64,000 bases of DNA from Octopus bimaculoides. Lineage: Eukaryota. The position numbers were made by a program, and so were the translations under genes. Positions 37,680 through 49,889 of the stretch are shown one piece after another. Numbering within the stretch: position 1 is the first letter of the stretch; the number at the start of each line of letters is the position of its first letter. The notes below the pieces were generated by a model. The model did no database searches and had not been told where the DNA came from. It was given only the letters and a program-made list of their open reading frames with translations. The stretch is from assembly GCF_001194135.2 (NCBI RefSeq), contig NC_068985.1, forward strand, positions 38,543,697 through 38,607,696, in the 5' to 3' direction.

Positions 37680-37875
37680 TCTAAGTCGACCCTGACCAGG
37701 AAGACATAAGATAAGCGCTTCATCTATAACGATGTTCTCTTTTTTTCATGTATCCAGGACTACATTATCAAATACGTCGTTCCGTTTTTTAGATGATAGG
37801 GTGTAGTTTTAAAGAAATTTGATTGCTACTTTAAGCAGGTCGATCCATCATGTATATGATTTCTCATTGGTCGAT
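37680..37875 (-). mobile_element. Dispersed repeat family D
   Basis: GTATCCAGGACTACATTATC..GATAGGGTGTAGTTTTAAAGAAATTTGATTGCTAC is shared with about 40360 and, inverted, with 42440-42620. Confidence 0.5.
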
Positions 37876-39257
37876 TGCACATATCTGTAGGTTCTGGTGG
37901 AACCGAATAAAATGACACAAAGGGAACTCAGACGAATGAATTACAAAAATATTTACTTCATGAATGACATCCTTAGTACATAAACAATATTAATTGAATC
38001 TGCAACACTTTTCATACACTTAATCCCCTTTATTCCCCTTTAAACGTACCACGTACCATGCTTACCATTTTGTACCTTGTACACAACTGATACACCACGC
38101 TATATAGGTTAAAGTATTTTAGCGCGATTTAATCAGAATGTTTTATTCGCCATTAAATACAAGGCTACTGAGTAGAACTTACTTTTAAAGAGGACACAAA
38201 CACAAAAACCCAGTTATAATTGTAATTACATAGGTTTTTCTATAACAATTGACTGAAATAATTCTGTATGTTTTGCCGGAGGTAGTTAGGTAAAGTTCTG
38301 ATCAGATGAATAACCTATTGTCTGTCTTGTGTTATCTCACCGTATTTTAATGTCTCAAGTGTATTTTAAGAAATTTTCATAAAAAGCCTTCGTTAGATTT
38401 TGCCAAGAAATGAAGAATAATTGATTTACGAACCATTAAGTTATTTCTTGCATTTCTACAGTTATTCTTCAGTTGTTCTTCTTTCTCTTCTATTTATTGT
38501 TATTGATATTTTTTTCTTATGTTAGTTGATTTTTATGATGGCTGTTGCGCTTAATCATAATGTCTTATTTTGCATTGTTGTTGTTGCTATTGTCTTCGTT
38601 GTTTTCCCCTCATGGTGGTAGTTAGTTATGGTGCTAAATGTTCAATTTATTTCTTGAATGATGTGGCTGTTAATAATACTTAGTTTTGTTATTGATGCTG
38701 CAGTAATTTTTTTTCTATCATTAATTAACACCATACTGGACTGTTATAAAAGTTCTGTTGTGGTTCTCAGTTTGTTGCAGTCATTTCATTTATACTAAAA
38801 AGCAATGAAGAAGGGGAACAGGGTAAAATTGGAGATAGATGGGTGGAAAAAAGATGGAACAATACCAACGATGTAGACAACCATGATAATAGAACTACTA
38901 AGAAATGCTAGCGATGGAGATGGAGTAATGATGGTGGTAATGTTGGTGACGATGGCACTTATAGTGCTGATTCATACTGGCGGTAACTGTTGTGATAATA
39001 GTGTTTATGATGTTAATATTCTTCATAGCGAGAGTACAAGTGATGCTGGTGATGATGTTGGAGGGAGGAGGCTGTGGTTCTAATAGTGTTTAAGATAATG
39101 ATAGGCGTGGTGATATGTAGTAGTCGTTTGGTAAAAAATATGCATTGTGGTGCTGTTAATGCGGATGATGGTGGTATAGTAATATAGTGGTTTTGTGGTT
39201 GTTAGTAGTGGCTCTGTTGATAAGTATGACCTTTATATAATTTATTGGCCATCCACT

Positions 39258-39302
<45 letters not shown>

Positions 39303-39628
39303 NNNNNNNNNNNNNNNNNNNNNNNNNNNNNNNNNNNNNNNNNNNNNNNNNNNNNNNNNNNNNNNNNNNNNNNNNNNNNNNNNNNNNNNNNNNNNNNNNN
39401 NNNNNNNNNNNNNNNNNNNNNNNNNNNNNNNNNNNNNNNNNNNNNNNNNNNNNNNNNNNNNNNNNNNNNNNNNNNNNNNNNNNNNNNNNNNNNNNNNNNN
39501 NNNNNNNNNNNNNNNNNNNNNNNNNNNNNNNNNNNNNNNNNNNNNNNNNNNNNNNNNNNNNNNNNNNNNNNNNNNNNNNNNNNNNNNNNNNNNNNNNNNN
39601 NNNNNNNNNNNNNNNNNNNNNNNNNNNN

Positions 39629-39710
39629 AAGAAAATGGAGGAGAATATGCGGTATCCACTGTCTGCAAGTCGATGGATACCGCATATTCTCCTCCATTTT
39701 CTTATTGCTA
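39629..39710. mobile_element. Tiny MITE-like perfect hairpin (30-bp arms, 15-nt spacer) ending in TA
   Basis: 39629-39658 is the exact reverse complement of 39674-39703; the left end is lost in a gap; the right end is ..ATTGC|TATATA. Confidence 0.7.
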
Positions 39711-39949
39711 TATATATATATATATACATTTATGAAGCGCCCTTTCAGATAACCAAGCTGTGAATGAACCTCGACCACAATTTGAGCGCCTTTTATTATA
39801 GTATAAATCCAAGTTCTGCAAGGAAATTAACTGCTGTTTATTTACTCAGCAATGTCTAATTATGAAACTTAGGGTTGTACATGATCATTTACTCTGATTA
39901 TATCTTACTGTCCAAAAGTCAGCATGTTCTTGTTTTAGTTGTTGCTGTG

Positions 39950-40060
39950 GTTGCTCCTGTTGTGGATATTGTTTAGATATAGGGCAGCTGTTATCTAGCA
40001 AACCTATGATCAAAGGCATTGTAACTCTTCACATCATACTTTATTACTTGTGTAAAAAAT
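39950..40060 (-). mobile_element. Dispersed repeat family D fragment
   Basis: CCTATGATCAAAGGCATT matches the reverse complement of GAATATCTTTGATCAAG at about 42570. Confidence 0.45.
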
Positions 40061-40100
40061 CTATATTATCTAATATGGTTTATTATTGTTGTTGTTGTTG

Positions 40101-40135
<35 letters not shown>

Positions 40136-40152
40136 GTTGTCGTTATTGTTAT

Positions 40153-40265
40153 TAAAGCGGTGCGGTGGCAGTATTAGTCTATCGCTACGTTCTGAGTTCA
40201 CATTCCGCCGAGGTCGACTTTGTACCAGTTGATTCCCCGGGGTCGATGCCAAAATCTGAAAACAT
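40153..40265 (+). mobile_element. SINE family A, heavily deleted
   Basis: CTACGTTCTGAGTTCACATTCCGCCGAGGTCGACTTTGTACCAGTT..GGGGTCGATG. Confidence 0.75.
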
Positions 40266-40409
40266 TATTGATCTTTTTTAGCCCAAGTTAGCATGATTGA
40301 GTAGATCAACTAAACGGGAGCCACCATTTTATCGAGGAGGACTTTTTTGTTCAAAGTTTTTACGACGGTAGTGTTATGTGATTTCAAGAAATTTAATTGT
40401 TACATAAAA

Positions 40410-40621
40410 TAAGGTGCCGAAAAGTTCCTGGCTTTGAGTAAGAATTAATACAGGAAGGTCAGTCAATTATGATGTTATTCGGCATGTTCTCTCAGATTTA
40501 CACATTTATTGCATCAGTCCTTCAACTTTTCTAAGCCCTGTAAAAAAATTCGGAAGGTTGGGCCTCCAACCAGGCCTATCACGATAGCCTTAAAGCCACG
40601 AACTTTTGAGAACTCCACGTA
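40410..40621. mobile_element. Mariner-derived MITE, copy 2
   Basis: GCCGAAAAGTTCCTGGCTTT and AAAGCCACGAACTTTTGAG..CGTA inverted termini; homologous to the 26075 copy. Confidence 0.78.
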
Positions 40622-41558
40622 TATATCTATATCTATCTATACATATATATATATATATANNNNNNNNNNNNNNNNNNNNNNNNNNNNNNNNNNNNNNNNN
40701 NNNNNNNNNNNNNNNNNNNNNNNNNNNNNNNNNNNNNNNNNNNNNNNNNNNNNNNNNNNNNNNNNNNNNNNNNNNNNNNNNNNNNNNNNNNNNNNNNNNN
40801 NNNNNNNNNNNNNNNNNNNNNNNNNNNNNNNNNNNNNNNNNNNNNNNNNNNNNNNNNNNNNNNNNNNNNNNNNNNNNNNNNNNNNNNNNNNNNNNNNNNN
40901 NNNNNNNNNNNNNNNNNNNNNNNNNNNNNNNNNNNNNNNNNNNNNNNNNNNNNNNNNNNNNNNNNNNNNNNNNNNNNNNNNNNNNNNNNNNNNNNNNNNN
41001 NNNNNNNNNNNNNNNNNNNNNNNNNNNNNNNNNNNNNNNNNNNNNNNNNNNNNNNNNNNNNNNNNNNNNNNNNNNNNNNNNNNNNNNNNNNNNNNNNNNN
41101 NNNNNNNNNNNNNNNNNNNNNNNNNNNNNNNNNNNNNNNNNNNNNNNNNNNNNNNNNNNNNNNNNNNNNNNNNNNNNNNNNNNNNNNNNNNNNNNNNNNN
41201 NNNNNNNNNNNNNNNNNNNNNNNNNNNNNNNNNNNNNNNNNNNNNNNNNNNNNNNNNNNNNNNNNNNNNNNNNNNNNNNNNNNNNNNNNNNNNNNNNNNN
41301 NNNNNNNNNNNNNNNNNNNNNNNNNNNNNNNNNNNNNNNNNNNNNNNNNNNNNNNNNNNNNNNNNNNNNNNNNNNNNNNNNNNNNNNNNNNNNNNNNNNN
41401 NNNNNNNNNNNNNNNNNNNNNNNNNNNNNNNNNNNNNNNNNNNNNNNNNNNNNNNNNNNNNNNNNNNNNNNNNNNNNNNNNNNNNNNNNNNNNNNNNNNN
41501 NNNNNNNNNNNNNNNNNNNNNNNNNNNNNNNNNNNNNNNNNNNNNNNNNNNNNNNNNN

Positions 41559-41656
41559 CAATAGCATAAGTAACAGCTCAGCACTAATGTCGATGTAATC
41601 GACCAAACCTCTTTCCCAAAACTTCTGGCCTTGGGACAAATTTCGAAAGCCATAAT
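41559..41656 (+). mobile_element. SINE family A 3' part (5' part in the gap)
   Basis: GTCGATGTAATCGACC..CTTTCCCAAAACTTCTGGCCTTGG. Confidence 0.65.
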
Positions 41657-41859
41657 GCAGACACTATTATTTCTTATTTCCTCTCACCATAATGTTAATT
41701 ACTAGTTATTAACATATATTGTGGCATTTAAGACGCACTGACTTACAAAAAAAAAAAAAAATTATTACTCACTCCGTGTCTTATATGCGAAGTTGCCCTT
41801 TCCACAAGCTTAAATGCACAAAATTGTTTTCCTCCTGAATGTACGCTGCTGAAATATGT

Positions 41860-42085
41860 CTGTACCTCTTTTAGGCTTTTCTGATGTATTCTTCTTCAAA
41901 TCAATGAGTTCAAGGTCTCACATCAAGGCGGGAAACGCAAAGGAAGGGAAGACGTGTTGAACTCTCTCATTCACCAAAAGCCAATCACATACGATTGATC
42001 ATTAAAAACGTGATGATACTGGCGGTGTTCCAGCATGGCCACAAGCTTAGGGCTGAGACATATAATAGAATAAAAAGAATAAAAG
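41860..42085 (+). mobile_element. Decayed 3' end of the CR1/L2-like LINE
   Basis: TSRRETQR..NSLIHQK resembles PTSRHEAHR..SNSLLHQK; followed by the GGCGGTGTTCCAGCATGGCCACAAGC..GGCTGAGAC tail. Confidence 0.55.
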
Positions 42086-42439
42086 CATATATCGATGTTA
42101 ATGTTGTTTATTCTGTTGTTAGAAATAGTTCCTTTCCTTTATGTGATCAGAAAGTACGTGATCATCAAAGTAACCTGATGCACAGATGGAAAGTGTTAAC
42201 GATAATAATTGCATTGGAAGGACGTTAGATTCCAACACTAAGTTGCTGTAGAATATTGAAATCACGTGTGTCAGTATCCCAGTTCAAATCTCAGGTCAAA
42301 ATTTGACTTACAAATGTCTCTTGATAAAATATGCACCTGGTAGATAGGTAACTGGTGTCTGTCGATTAAGCCATTTGATTCCAGTTATGCAAATTTGTCG
42401 TCTCGTGGAAATATTATAGGATTTCACTGCTAAGATCCG

Positions 42440-42620
42440 GTAATCTATCTGCTAGAGACACCAGTTTAATATCTTTCAAATCACATCCCACAGGTTTAGA
42501 ATAGAGGAAGAGATATTACATCATGTATTAAAAGACACCTCTTCAAAGAGGAAATGGCCGCGGCTGGAATATCTTTGATCAAGAGTGAGAGACGTGACCG
42601 GTTACCACAAGCCCCGTATC
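42440..42620 (+). mobile_element. Dispersed repeat family D
   Basis: TTCAAATCACATCCCAC..GGCCGCGGCTGGAATATCTTTGATC. Confidence 0.45.
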
Positions 42621-42959
42621 ATGATATGGATTAAAGAAAGTAATACACGTCACTTACATCCTATTTCATCCTTTATTCTTTAGCTTCTCTGCCTTTGACG
42701 CAAAGCCAAAGGAAGGAAAGCAAAAGAAAGAAAAGAACTAATATATGTTGCCACTTCTTTTTACCACTAGGTTATCGCTTTGAATAAAGATTTACTTACC
42801 ATTACAGTCTTGATCTGTGGAAACAATTAGCTGCTATTTATAACAGTTCGATTAGCTGCGTAGTTAGAATCTATGCCTCGATTTCACTAAGTCAGCTGTA
42901 CGCTAGAATATGCAAACATACATATATAGATACATACTTTCATATATAGACGATTAAAA

Positions 42960-43150
42960 ACGGAGAAAAAAAGACAACAGAAAAAATAACTACGCGAGGA
43001 CGTAGCACATGCAGAGTATTAATAAGAGGCTCAAGGAAGAAAGAGTGGTTGCTTTATGTTTCGAGCATACCTCTTCTTCGGAAACAGGAGACAGGAAAGT
43101 CCAAAAGAAAAGGAAGGAGGGAAAAAATCGACAACAGTTCACGTGTAGTT
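42960..43150 (-). mobile_element. Short Penelope pLTR/retrozyme-like repeat, copy 2
   Basis: Homologous to 16850-17040. Confidence 0.7.
43051..43085 (-). ncRNA. Minimal type I hammerhead motif with a U4C core change
   Basis: GTTT-CCGAAGA-A-GAG-GTATG-CTC-GAAA-CA-T-A-AAGC. Confidence 0.5.
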
Positions 43151-43404
43151 ACATTTATACATGCGTGTGTGTGTGTCTTTGTGTGTATATANNNNNNNNN
43201 NNNNNNNNNNNNNNNNNNNNNNNNNNNNNNNNNNNNNNNNNNNNNNNNNNNNNNNNNNNNNNNNNNNNNNNNNNNNNNNNNNNNNNNNNNNNNNNNNNNN
43301 NNNNNNNNNNNNNNNNNNNNNNNNNNNNNNNNNNNNNNNNNNNNNNNNNNNNNNNNTATATATATATATATGTATGTATGTATGTATGTATATATGTATA
43401 TATA

Positions 43405-43745
43405 TCTTTTATCTTCTTTCATTTACGGGTTTCAACCAGGGGCTGAGACCGTGATGGTACGTCACCTTTACTGCATCTGGGGATTTTTCCAGTATTGCTT
43501 CTGGTGAAGCAGTGAGTTGGACGTTGCCGCTCTTCTGTGTGCTTCATGCCGAGATGTGGGTTTATCCGATATTTCAAATAAGAAACTTTCTAGACGTATT
43601 TTGAAAACTTCCATGTCTACACCTCGTAGATACCTGATGTTCTGTGGTAGGGAATTAAAAAGTACCCTTGAATCCGAAGCTATTACAATATTCGGTTCGT
43701 ATCCTCGATGGAGAAGATGGGACATTTGGTACTGTGCAGTGCCAA
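43405..43745 (-). mobile_element. CR1/L2-group LINE ORF2 C-terminus and 3' tail
   Basis: LFNSLPQNIRYLRGVDMEVFKIRLESFLFEISDKPTSRHEAHRRAATSNSLLHQ*, then GGTGACGTACCATCACGGTCTCAGCCCCTGGTTGAAAC. Confidence 0.8.
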
Positions 43746-44143
43746 CCAGTTCGGGGATTGTTGCACATTTCGATTTTGAAATTTGTTATGTAAGTCGATA
43801 TAGAAAATATATTAGATACATTTAATGCAAAATATGTACATATGTATGCCCATAAAAAAAGTCCGACTTACACAGAATATGAATGACATCAAGGATTAAA
43901 GTGGTTGAGTTAGTGTTTTATGAGTAGTATAATTAGAGAATTTAATGTTTCTTATCATACGTATTAGGTCTTTCTCAAAATTAGCCATTGCAGCGTTTGG
44001 GAGTGGGTTTTTTTAAGGACTAGATGGTAAGCGTCCTTTTCATTAGAATGTTCAGGGTGATTAGGTCTGACGTATAGGGCTCCCCACCTCATTCGAGTGA
44101 TGAAATCATTAGTCTTCTATAGTAAGAGTTCCTTGTATACACC

Positions 44144-44316
44144 TCTTGGTGGGACTGGGGTATTTTTTGTAGATGTGCCCCAGCAATTGCTTACCCATGA
44201 GTGTTATCTATAGATAGCGTTCGATAAAAATTTGGCCGAGCGCTACTTATAGATAACACTCGTAGATAAGCAATTATTGGGCATATCTGCAAAAAAATAT
44301 CCCAATTCCCCCAAGA
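44144..44316. repeat. Fold-back element, about 80-bp imperfect arms with a 13-nt loop
   Basis: Left arm TCTTGGTGGGACTGGGGTATTTTTTGTAGATGTGCCC..GAGTGTTATCTATAGATAGCGTTCG pairs with right arm CGAGCGCTACTTATAGATAACACTC..GGGCATATCTGCAAAAAAATATCCCAATTCCCCCAAGA. Confidence 0.9.
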
Positions 44317-44330
44317 TATACATATGTGCC

Positions 44331-44566
44331 AAGGCGGCGAGCTGGAAGAAACGTTAGCACATCAGGCGAAATGCTTAGCCGTATTTTGACTGCCGCTACG
44401 TTCTGAGTTTCAATTCCTCCGAGGTTGACTTTGCTTTTCATCCTTTCGGGGTCGATTAAATAAGTACCAGTTACGCACTGGGGTCGATATAATCGACTTA
44501 ATCCGTTTGTCTGTCCTTGTTTGTCGCCTCTGTGTGTAGCTCCTTGTGGGTAGTAAAGACATAAGA
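44331..44566 (+). mobile_element. SINE family A, full length, tail type 1
   Basis: Near-consensus copy followed by (TG)n. Confidence 0.93.
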
Positions 44567-44574
44567 TGTGTGTG

Positions 44575-44674
<100 letters not shown>

Positions 44675-45470
44675 TGTGCTAATGTAAACATTTTATCGAA
44701 CCCTTGTGCTGGGTCTAGTTAATGATTTCAAAACCCCGCCTAGATGAAATACGCCTTTCAACTTTGTGAGGCTTATAAAAGAACCATATGGCCATTGTTG
44801 TGAACTGGTTAAATACTTTTGTGTTAAAAATACGTAGAAGCTTTCACAGCTGAATGTCTTCTGAGTTCAAAACCCTCCCAGTGTCACCGGTAGAAACAAA
44901 CAGAAAGTTTAGGAAACCTTTAATTGAATACCCAAAATACCCAATTATTTCAGCTCATCTGTTTAGTTCATTTTATCCTTTTATTCTTTTAATAGTTTCA
45001 GTCATAGGGCTGTAGTTATGCTTGAGCCCCGACTTCATTTATTTTCTATCAATTTCGCTGTCGCTTTATAGCTGCAAATTGGTCTGTGTTGGAGCCTGAA
45101 TTTGTTTCCTGATCCGCTATCGTCATTAGGATTTTATAGTTTGTCTATTGTTTCAGTGTCCTTTTTAATGTTTCAGTAGAGCTTTGTTTTGTATTTCCGA
45201 ATCCTTTAGGTAGGCAGTGAAAATTTGAATACGCCTAAATATCAGACTGGTCCTATACAGTGTTTTTGCTGGAGATATTGAAGGTGTGGTATTAGGTATC
45301 AGACGGTATCTACTAGTGCGTGCGTTAAAATTTTCTCTAATGCTAAAGTTTGGAATATACTTACATTGGTTTGAAACTACAAGTTTTGTGCAGGAATTTC
45401 CTGTCCCCGAATTACGAAGATAGCTCGAATTTTGAGTCCTTGTTTCGGTGATAAATGGAAATTTATTTAT

Positions 45471-45509
<39 letters not shown>

Positions 45510-45797
45510 TGCGTGTGTGTGTGTGTGTGTTTGTGCGTGTGTGTATATGTGTGTGTGTGTTTGTGCGTGTATGTGTATGTGTGTGTGCGTGTGTGTATGT
45601 GCGGGTGCGTGCATCTGTGTGTATGTGTGTGCATATGTGTGTGTGTATATATGTATGTATATATATATAATATATNNNNNNNNNNNNNNNNNNNNNNNNN
45701 NNNNNNNNNNNNNNNNNNNNNNNNNNNNNNNNNNNNNNNNNNNNNNNNNNNNNNNNNNNNNNNNNNNNNNNNNNNNNNNNNNNNNNNNNNNNNTATA

Positions 45798-45833
<36 letters not shown>

Positions 45834-46387
45834 TATATATGTATATGTATATCGACACATGCGTGTGTTGTGTGAACGTGTATTTGCTCGTCTAAGAGTG
45901 TGAACTTACGGTTAAATTACTGTGTGTACGAATTTGTACTCCTAAATATTTATGAATTTTATCTTTCGATTTAATGCAACTCTGTTTTATCTAAAATTCT
46001 CTCTTAAATTTTGAGTAAATCATAGAATCTTGTCAGAGAGAAGTCACATGTTGGGGCTTCCTGAATTTCCTTCTACATCTCTTTGAACGTTGCCACGAAG
46101 ACCATTGTAATGAAATGTGGATGTTATTTATTGATAAGTTAGATATATCATCACTACGTCAATGTATGAAATTGTATGTTGTAAATCAGCAGAAGCGCAG
46201 CATAATAACACAGAGATAGGCAGACAGACAGACGCATAGACACGCATATAAGCACATCGACACACGTACAAACACATACATTAACAAAGAACCTCATATA
46301 TGTATATGTAATTCATATACAAATGCGCGCACAAGAGTGTCCATTTTGTATGTATGACTTTGAATGTGTGTGTGTATGTGTGTGTGC

Positions 46388-46419
<32 letters not shown>

Positions 46420-47234
46420 NNNNNNNNNNNNNNNNNNNNNNNNNNNNNNNNNNNNNNNNNNNNNNNNNNNNNNNNNNNNNNNNNNNNNNNNNNNNNNNNN
46501 NNNNNNNNNNNNNNNNNNNNNNNNNNNNNNNNNNNNNNNNNNNNNNNNNNNNNNNNNNNNNNNNNNNNNNNNNNNNNNNNNNNNNNNNNNNNNNNNNNNN
46601 NNNNNNNNNNNNNNNNNNNNNNNNNNNNNNNNNNNNNNNNNNNNNNNNNNNNNNNNNNNNNNNNNNNNNNNNNNNNNNNNNNNNNNNNNNNNNNNNNNNN
46701 NNNNNNNNNNNNNNNNNNNNNNNNNNNNNNNNNNNNNNNNNNNNNNNNNNNNNNNNNNNNNNNNNNNNNNNNNNNNNNNNNNNNNNNNNNNNNNNNNNNN
46801 NNNNNNNNNNNNNNNNNNNNNNNNNNNNNNNNNNNNNNNNNNNNNNNNNNNNNNNNNNNNNNNNNNNNNNNNNNNNNNNNNNNNNNNNNNNNNNNNNNNN
46901 NNNNNNNNNNNNNNNNNNNNNNNNNNNNNNNNNNNNNNNNNNNNNNNNNNNNNNNNNNNNNNNNNNNNNNNNNNNNNNNNNNNNNNGTTTGTGTATATAT
47001 GTGTGTGGATTTATGTAGGTTTGTGCGTGTCTGAGTATGTAGGTTATGTGGAATTATGTAGGTTTGTGTGTGTTTGAGTATGTGTTTGTGATTGTATCTC
47101 TGTGTGTGTGTGTTTATTTTTGTTTGTCGCCCTCCATTGCTTGTTAATTGGTGTCAGGTTGTTCACGTCCTCTTTTACTTTGCGATAAAATATTTTAAGA
47201 TACGTCCTACGTTTGATTTGCTTGACCAAACCTT

Positions 47235-47290
47235 TCATGGCGTGGCCCAGCGTGGCCATAGACCAATGTAGGAAACAAGTAAAAGTAAAA
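47235..47290 (+). mobile_element. Isolated LINE/SINE 3' tail
   Basis: GGCGTGGCCCAGCGTGGCCATAGAC..GAAACAAGTAAAAG. Confidence 0.6.
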
Positions 47291-48608
47291 AAAAAAAAAA
47301 ACGATTAAAAGATAAATATTAGTATTTTATAGAAGCTATCTTTGAGAAAAACAATCACTGGTGATAAAGTAATTTACCTTAAACTAATAATCAATTTGTT
47401 TTGGAAATATTGCATACATTGGATATAATTTATTCCGGAAAAATATAAAGTTTCCATAGAGTATATTTTTACTCTGAGCTCTCAAAGAAATTTTGCCGAT
47501 GTCTATTATATCACGCCTTCATATAAAAGGAAAGAAAATGAGAAAACAAAATGTGTTCTTAGTACGTCTGACAGTCGACAGTTGTTGATAATAAGCCATA
47601 AGTGAGCCTTTGTCGAGACGACATATTTTCTAAAGAATTCTAGTTAAGAATACCCGCTTTTAACTCGACATGTATCTAGAACAACACCATCAAGTATATT
47701 CTTTTTTATACTGTAGCATATGACCGAAAGAAACCTTTTCCTAGTAGCCATGTAAAATTTCCCTCGATAGTCTCTCAGTTCTCGCATGTTTCATTGTATT
47801 TCAGCTTATATCCCGTTAATTAAACTCTTAAATTAACAACTCAAAAGCTTGTTAACTGACGTCTGGTTCTTAAAAAAAAAAAGAAATTTGAAATGACCTA
47901 AATGAACAGCTGTTAACTATAAATATAACGCTAAGAAATTAACTAATCGATACTACTGCTAAGAATTTAACGCAAACAAAAGAATCCTGTGATATAGAAC
48001 TCGGTAACACTCTAGTATTTACTAATAAGAAGACGGATTATATAAACACACATGCTATCTAAAGACTAACATTTTCCTACTAAACAAATCTAACAGAAGT
48101 TAATCTTTCTCCTCACTAAATACTAATACTGGCTTATATCGTATTCTAAAGGTTAAAACTAAGGAAATAAGTAAAAACTCTTTTCTAAGTTTCATGTCTT
48201 TCCTTGTAATATTTTAGTGGCAGGCTGGTTGGTATTTAGTTTGTTAATAGCTACAACAGTTCGTTCAAAATGCCTAGCTCCAGGACGAAACAGCTGTGGT
48301 TGCCTTTAATGCGTGTTCTTATCAACCTTTCCCTTTCAGGACCGTTACCAATTAGATTTGGCAACCCCCACCAGTTGAGAGTCCTATATCTGTTTATCAA
48401 GTGACACTTGACCTCTCCTTATTACAATTCGGAATTATATCTGTTAATTAAGGGATTCTTTCTCTTGATTCCTCCCTCTCTTTGCATTACTATGAGCAAT
48501 TTGCTACACCACCCTATATTTTTCCCTTTTCGGTCTCTGGCTTTGTCTTTCTTTTCTTACATTCTATGCCGATTGATGCGAGTAGCCTCTTTACAACACA
48601 CGCACACA

Positions 48609-48677
48609 CACACGTGCATACACGCATACACACACGTGCATACACGCATACACACACGTGCATACACGCATACACAC
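48609..48677. repeat. 22-bp minisatellite x3 (CACACGTGCATACACGCATACA)
   Basis: Read directly from the sequence. Confidence 0.9.
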
Positions 48678-48678
48678 C

Positions 48679-48724
<46 letters not shown>

Positions 48725-49548
48725 NNNNNNNNNNTATGTATGTATACACACATATACACACTGATCTATACAGATACAAGCCAGAGTGTTGACGCTTCTT
48801 TTTAACGGCATTTTATACATTCCAATAATAAAACACGGCTTTTTCTAAAACACTGGAATTAAGCAGACAGGAAAAGTTGAATGTTTCATTATCTATAGTA
48901 TAGACAAATTTTATAAAAGTCATACACCGAAGTATAAGGAAACGAAGGAGCAAACGTAACAGTTGTTACTGTTTCTGACTAAATAAGTGTCACCGACATA
49001 GCATTACACTTTTAATATAGAAACACGTATCCATTGTTGTCCTATGCTTTTGAAACTACTTTGTCATTTTCTTTGAGGATGTTAAATTTTGGACATCATT
49101 TCTTCATTTATTGAAATGCGTTTGCTTGCTTTTTTTAATTCACAGTCACAAGCAAAAAGCGGCAAAGACTATTTTCTTTAAATATACGGACCCATGGACC
49201 TTGCTACCAAATTCGTGATACTGACCTTCTTGAATTATTTTCTGATAGCACCTTTTAATTTCTTTAAAGTTTATTCAAAATGAACCCGAGCATTTTAAAA
49301 AGTAGATATTTTGTTTTCCTTAAAATTTAATCAAACATTTCTTCTACAAAAAAATTGCTTCGAGGATTGATATACCCTTGCCAACGTATTTTACTTCTGA
49401 CTGGAACAACGTTTTTTTTTGTTTTTTTTTCAGGTCCAGTCGGCAGTTCTAGCAAGCTTTTGTCATGTCTTCTACCGATTAAAATTGCTAAAATTTCAGA
49501 ATGCAAAACAAAACAATACATGGCGCGATGTTTAAACCTTAAGAATGA

Positions 49549-49593
49549 GAGGGCAGGCTGTGTGGTAAGAAGCTTGCTTCCCAAATACATGGT
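49549..49593 (+). mobile_element. SINE family B head (runs into a gap)
   Basis: GGCTGTGTGGTAAGAAGCTTGCTTCCCAAATACATGGT. Confidence 0.75.
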
Positions 49594-49855
49594 NNNNNNN
49601 NNNNNNNNNNNNNNNNNNNNNNNNNNNNNNNNNNNNNNNNNNNNNNNNNNNNNNNNNNNNNNNNNNNNNNNNNNNNNNNNNNNNNNNNNNNNNNNNNNNN
49701 NNNNNNNNNNNNNNNNNNNNNNNNNNNNNNNNNNNNNNNNNNNNNNNNNNNNNNNNNNNNNNNNNNNNNNNNNNNNNNNNNNNNNNNNNNNNNNNNNNNN
49801 NNNNNNNNNNNNNNNNNNNNNNNNNNNNNNNNNNNNNNNNNNNNNNNNNNNNNNA

Positions 49856-49889
<34 letters not shown>

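Noticed and set aside
38450-39200. GTT/GAT-rich stretches (also 57400-57960) resembling membrane-protein ORFs
   Set aside because: Decayed trinucleotide low-complexity DNA.
48341-48410. GPLPIRFGNPHQLRVLYL (LRR-like) or IWQPPPVESPISVYQV (FN3-like) readings
   Set aside because: Short, closed by stops, in competing frames; within chance resemblance.
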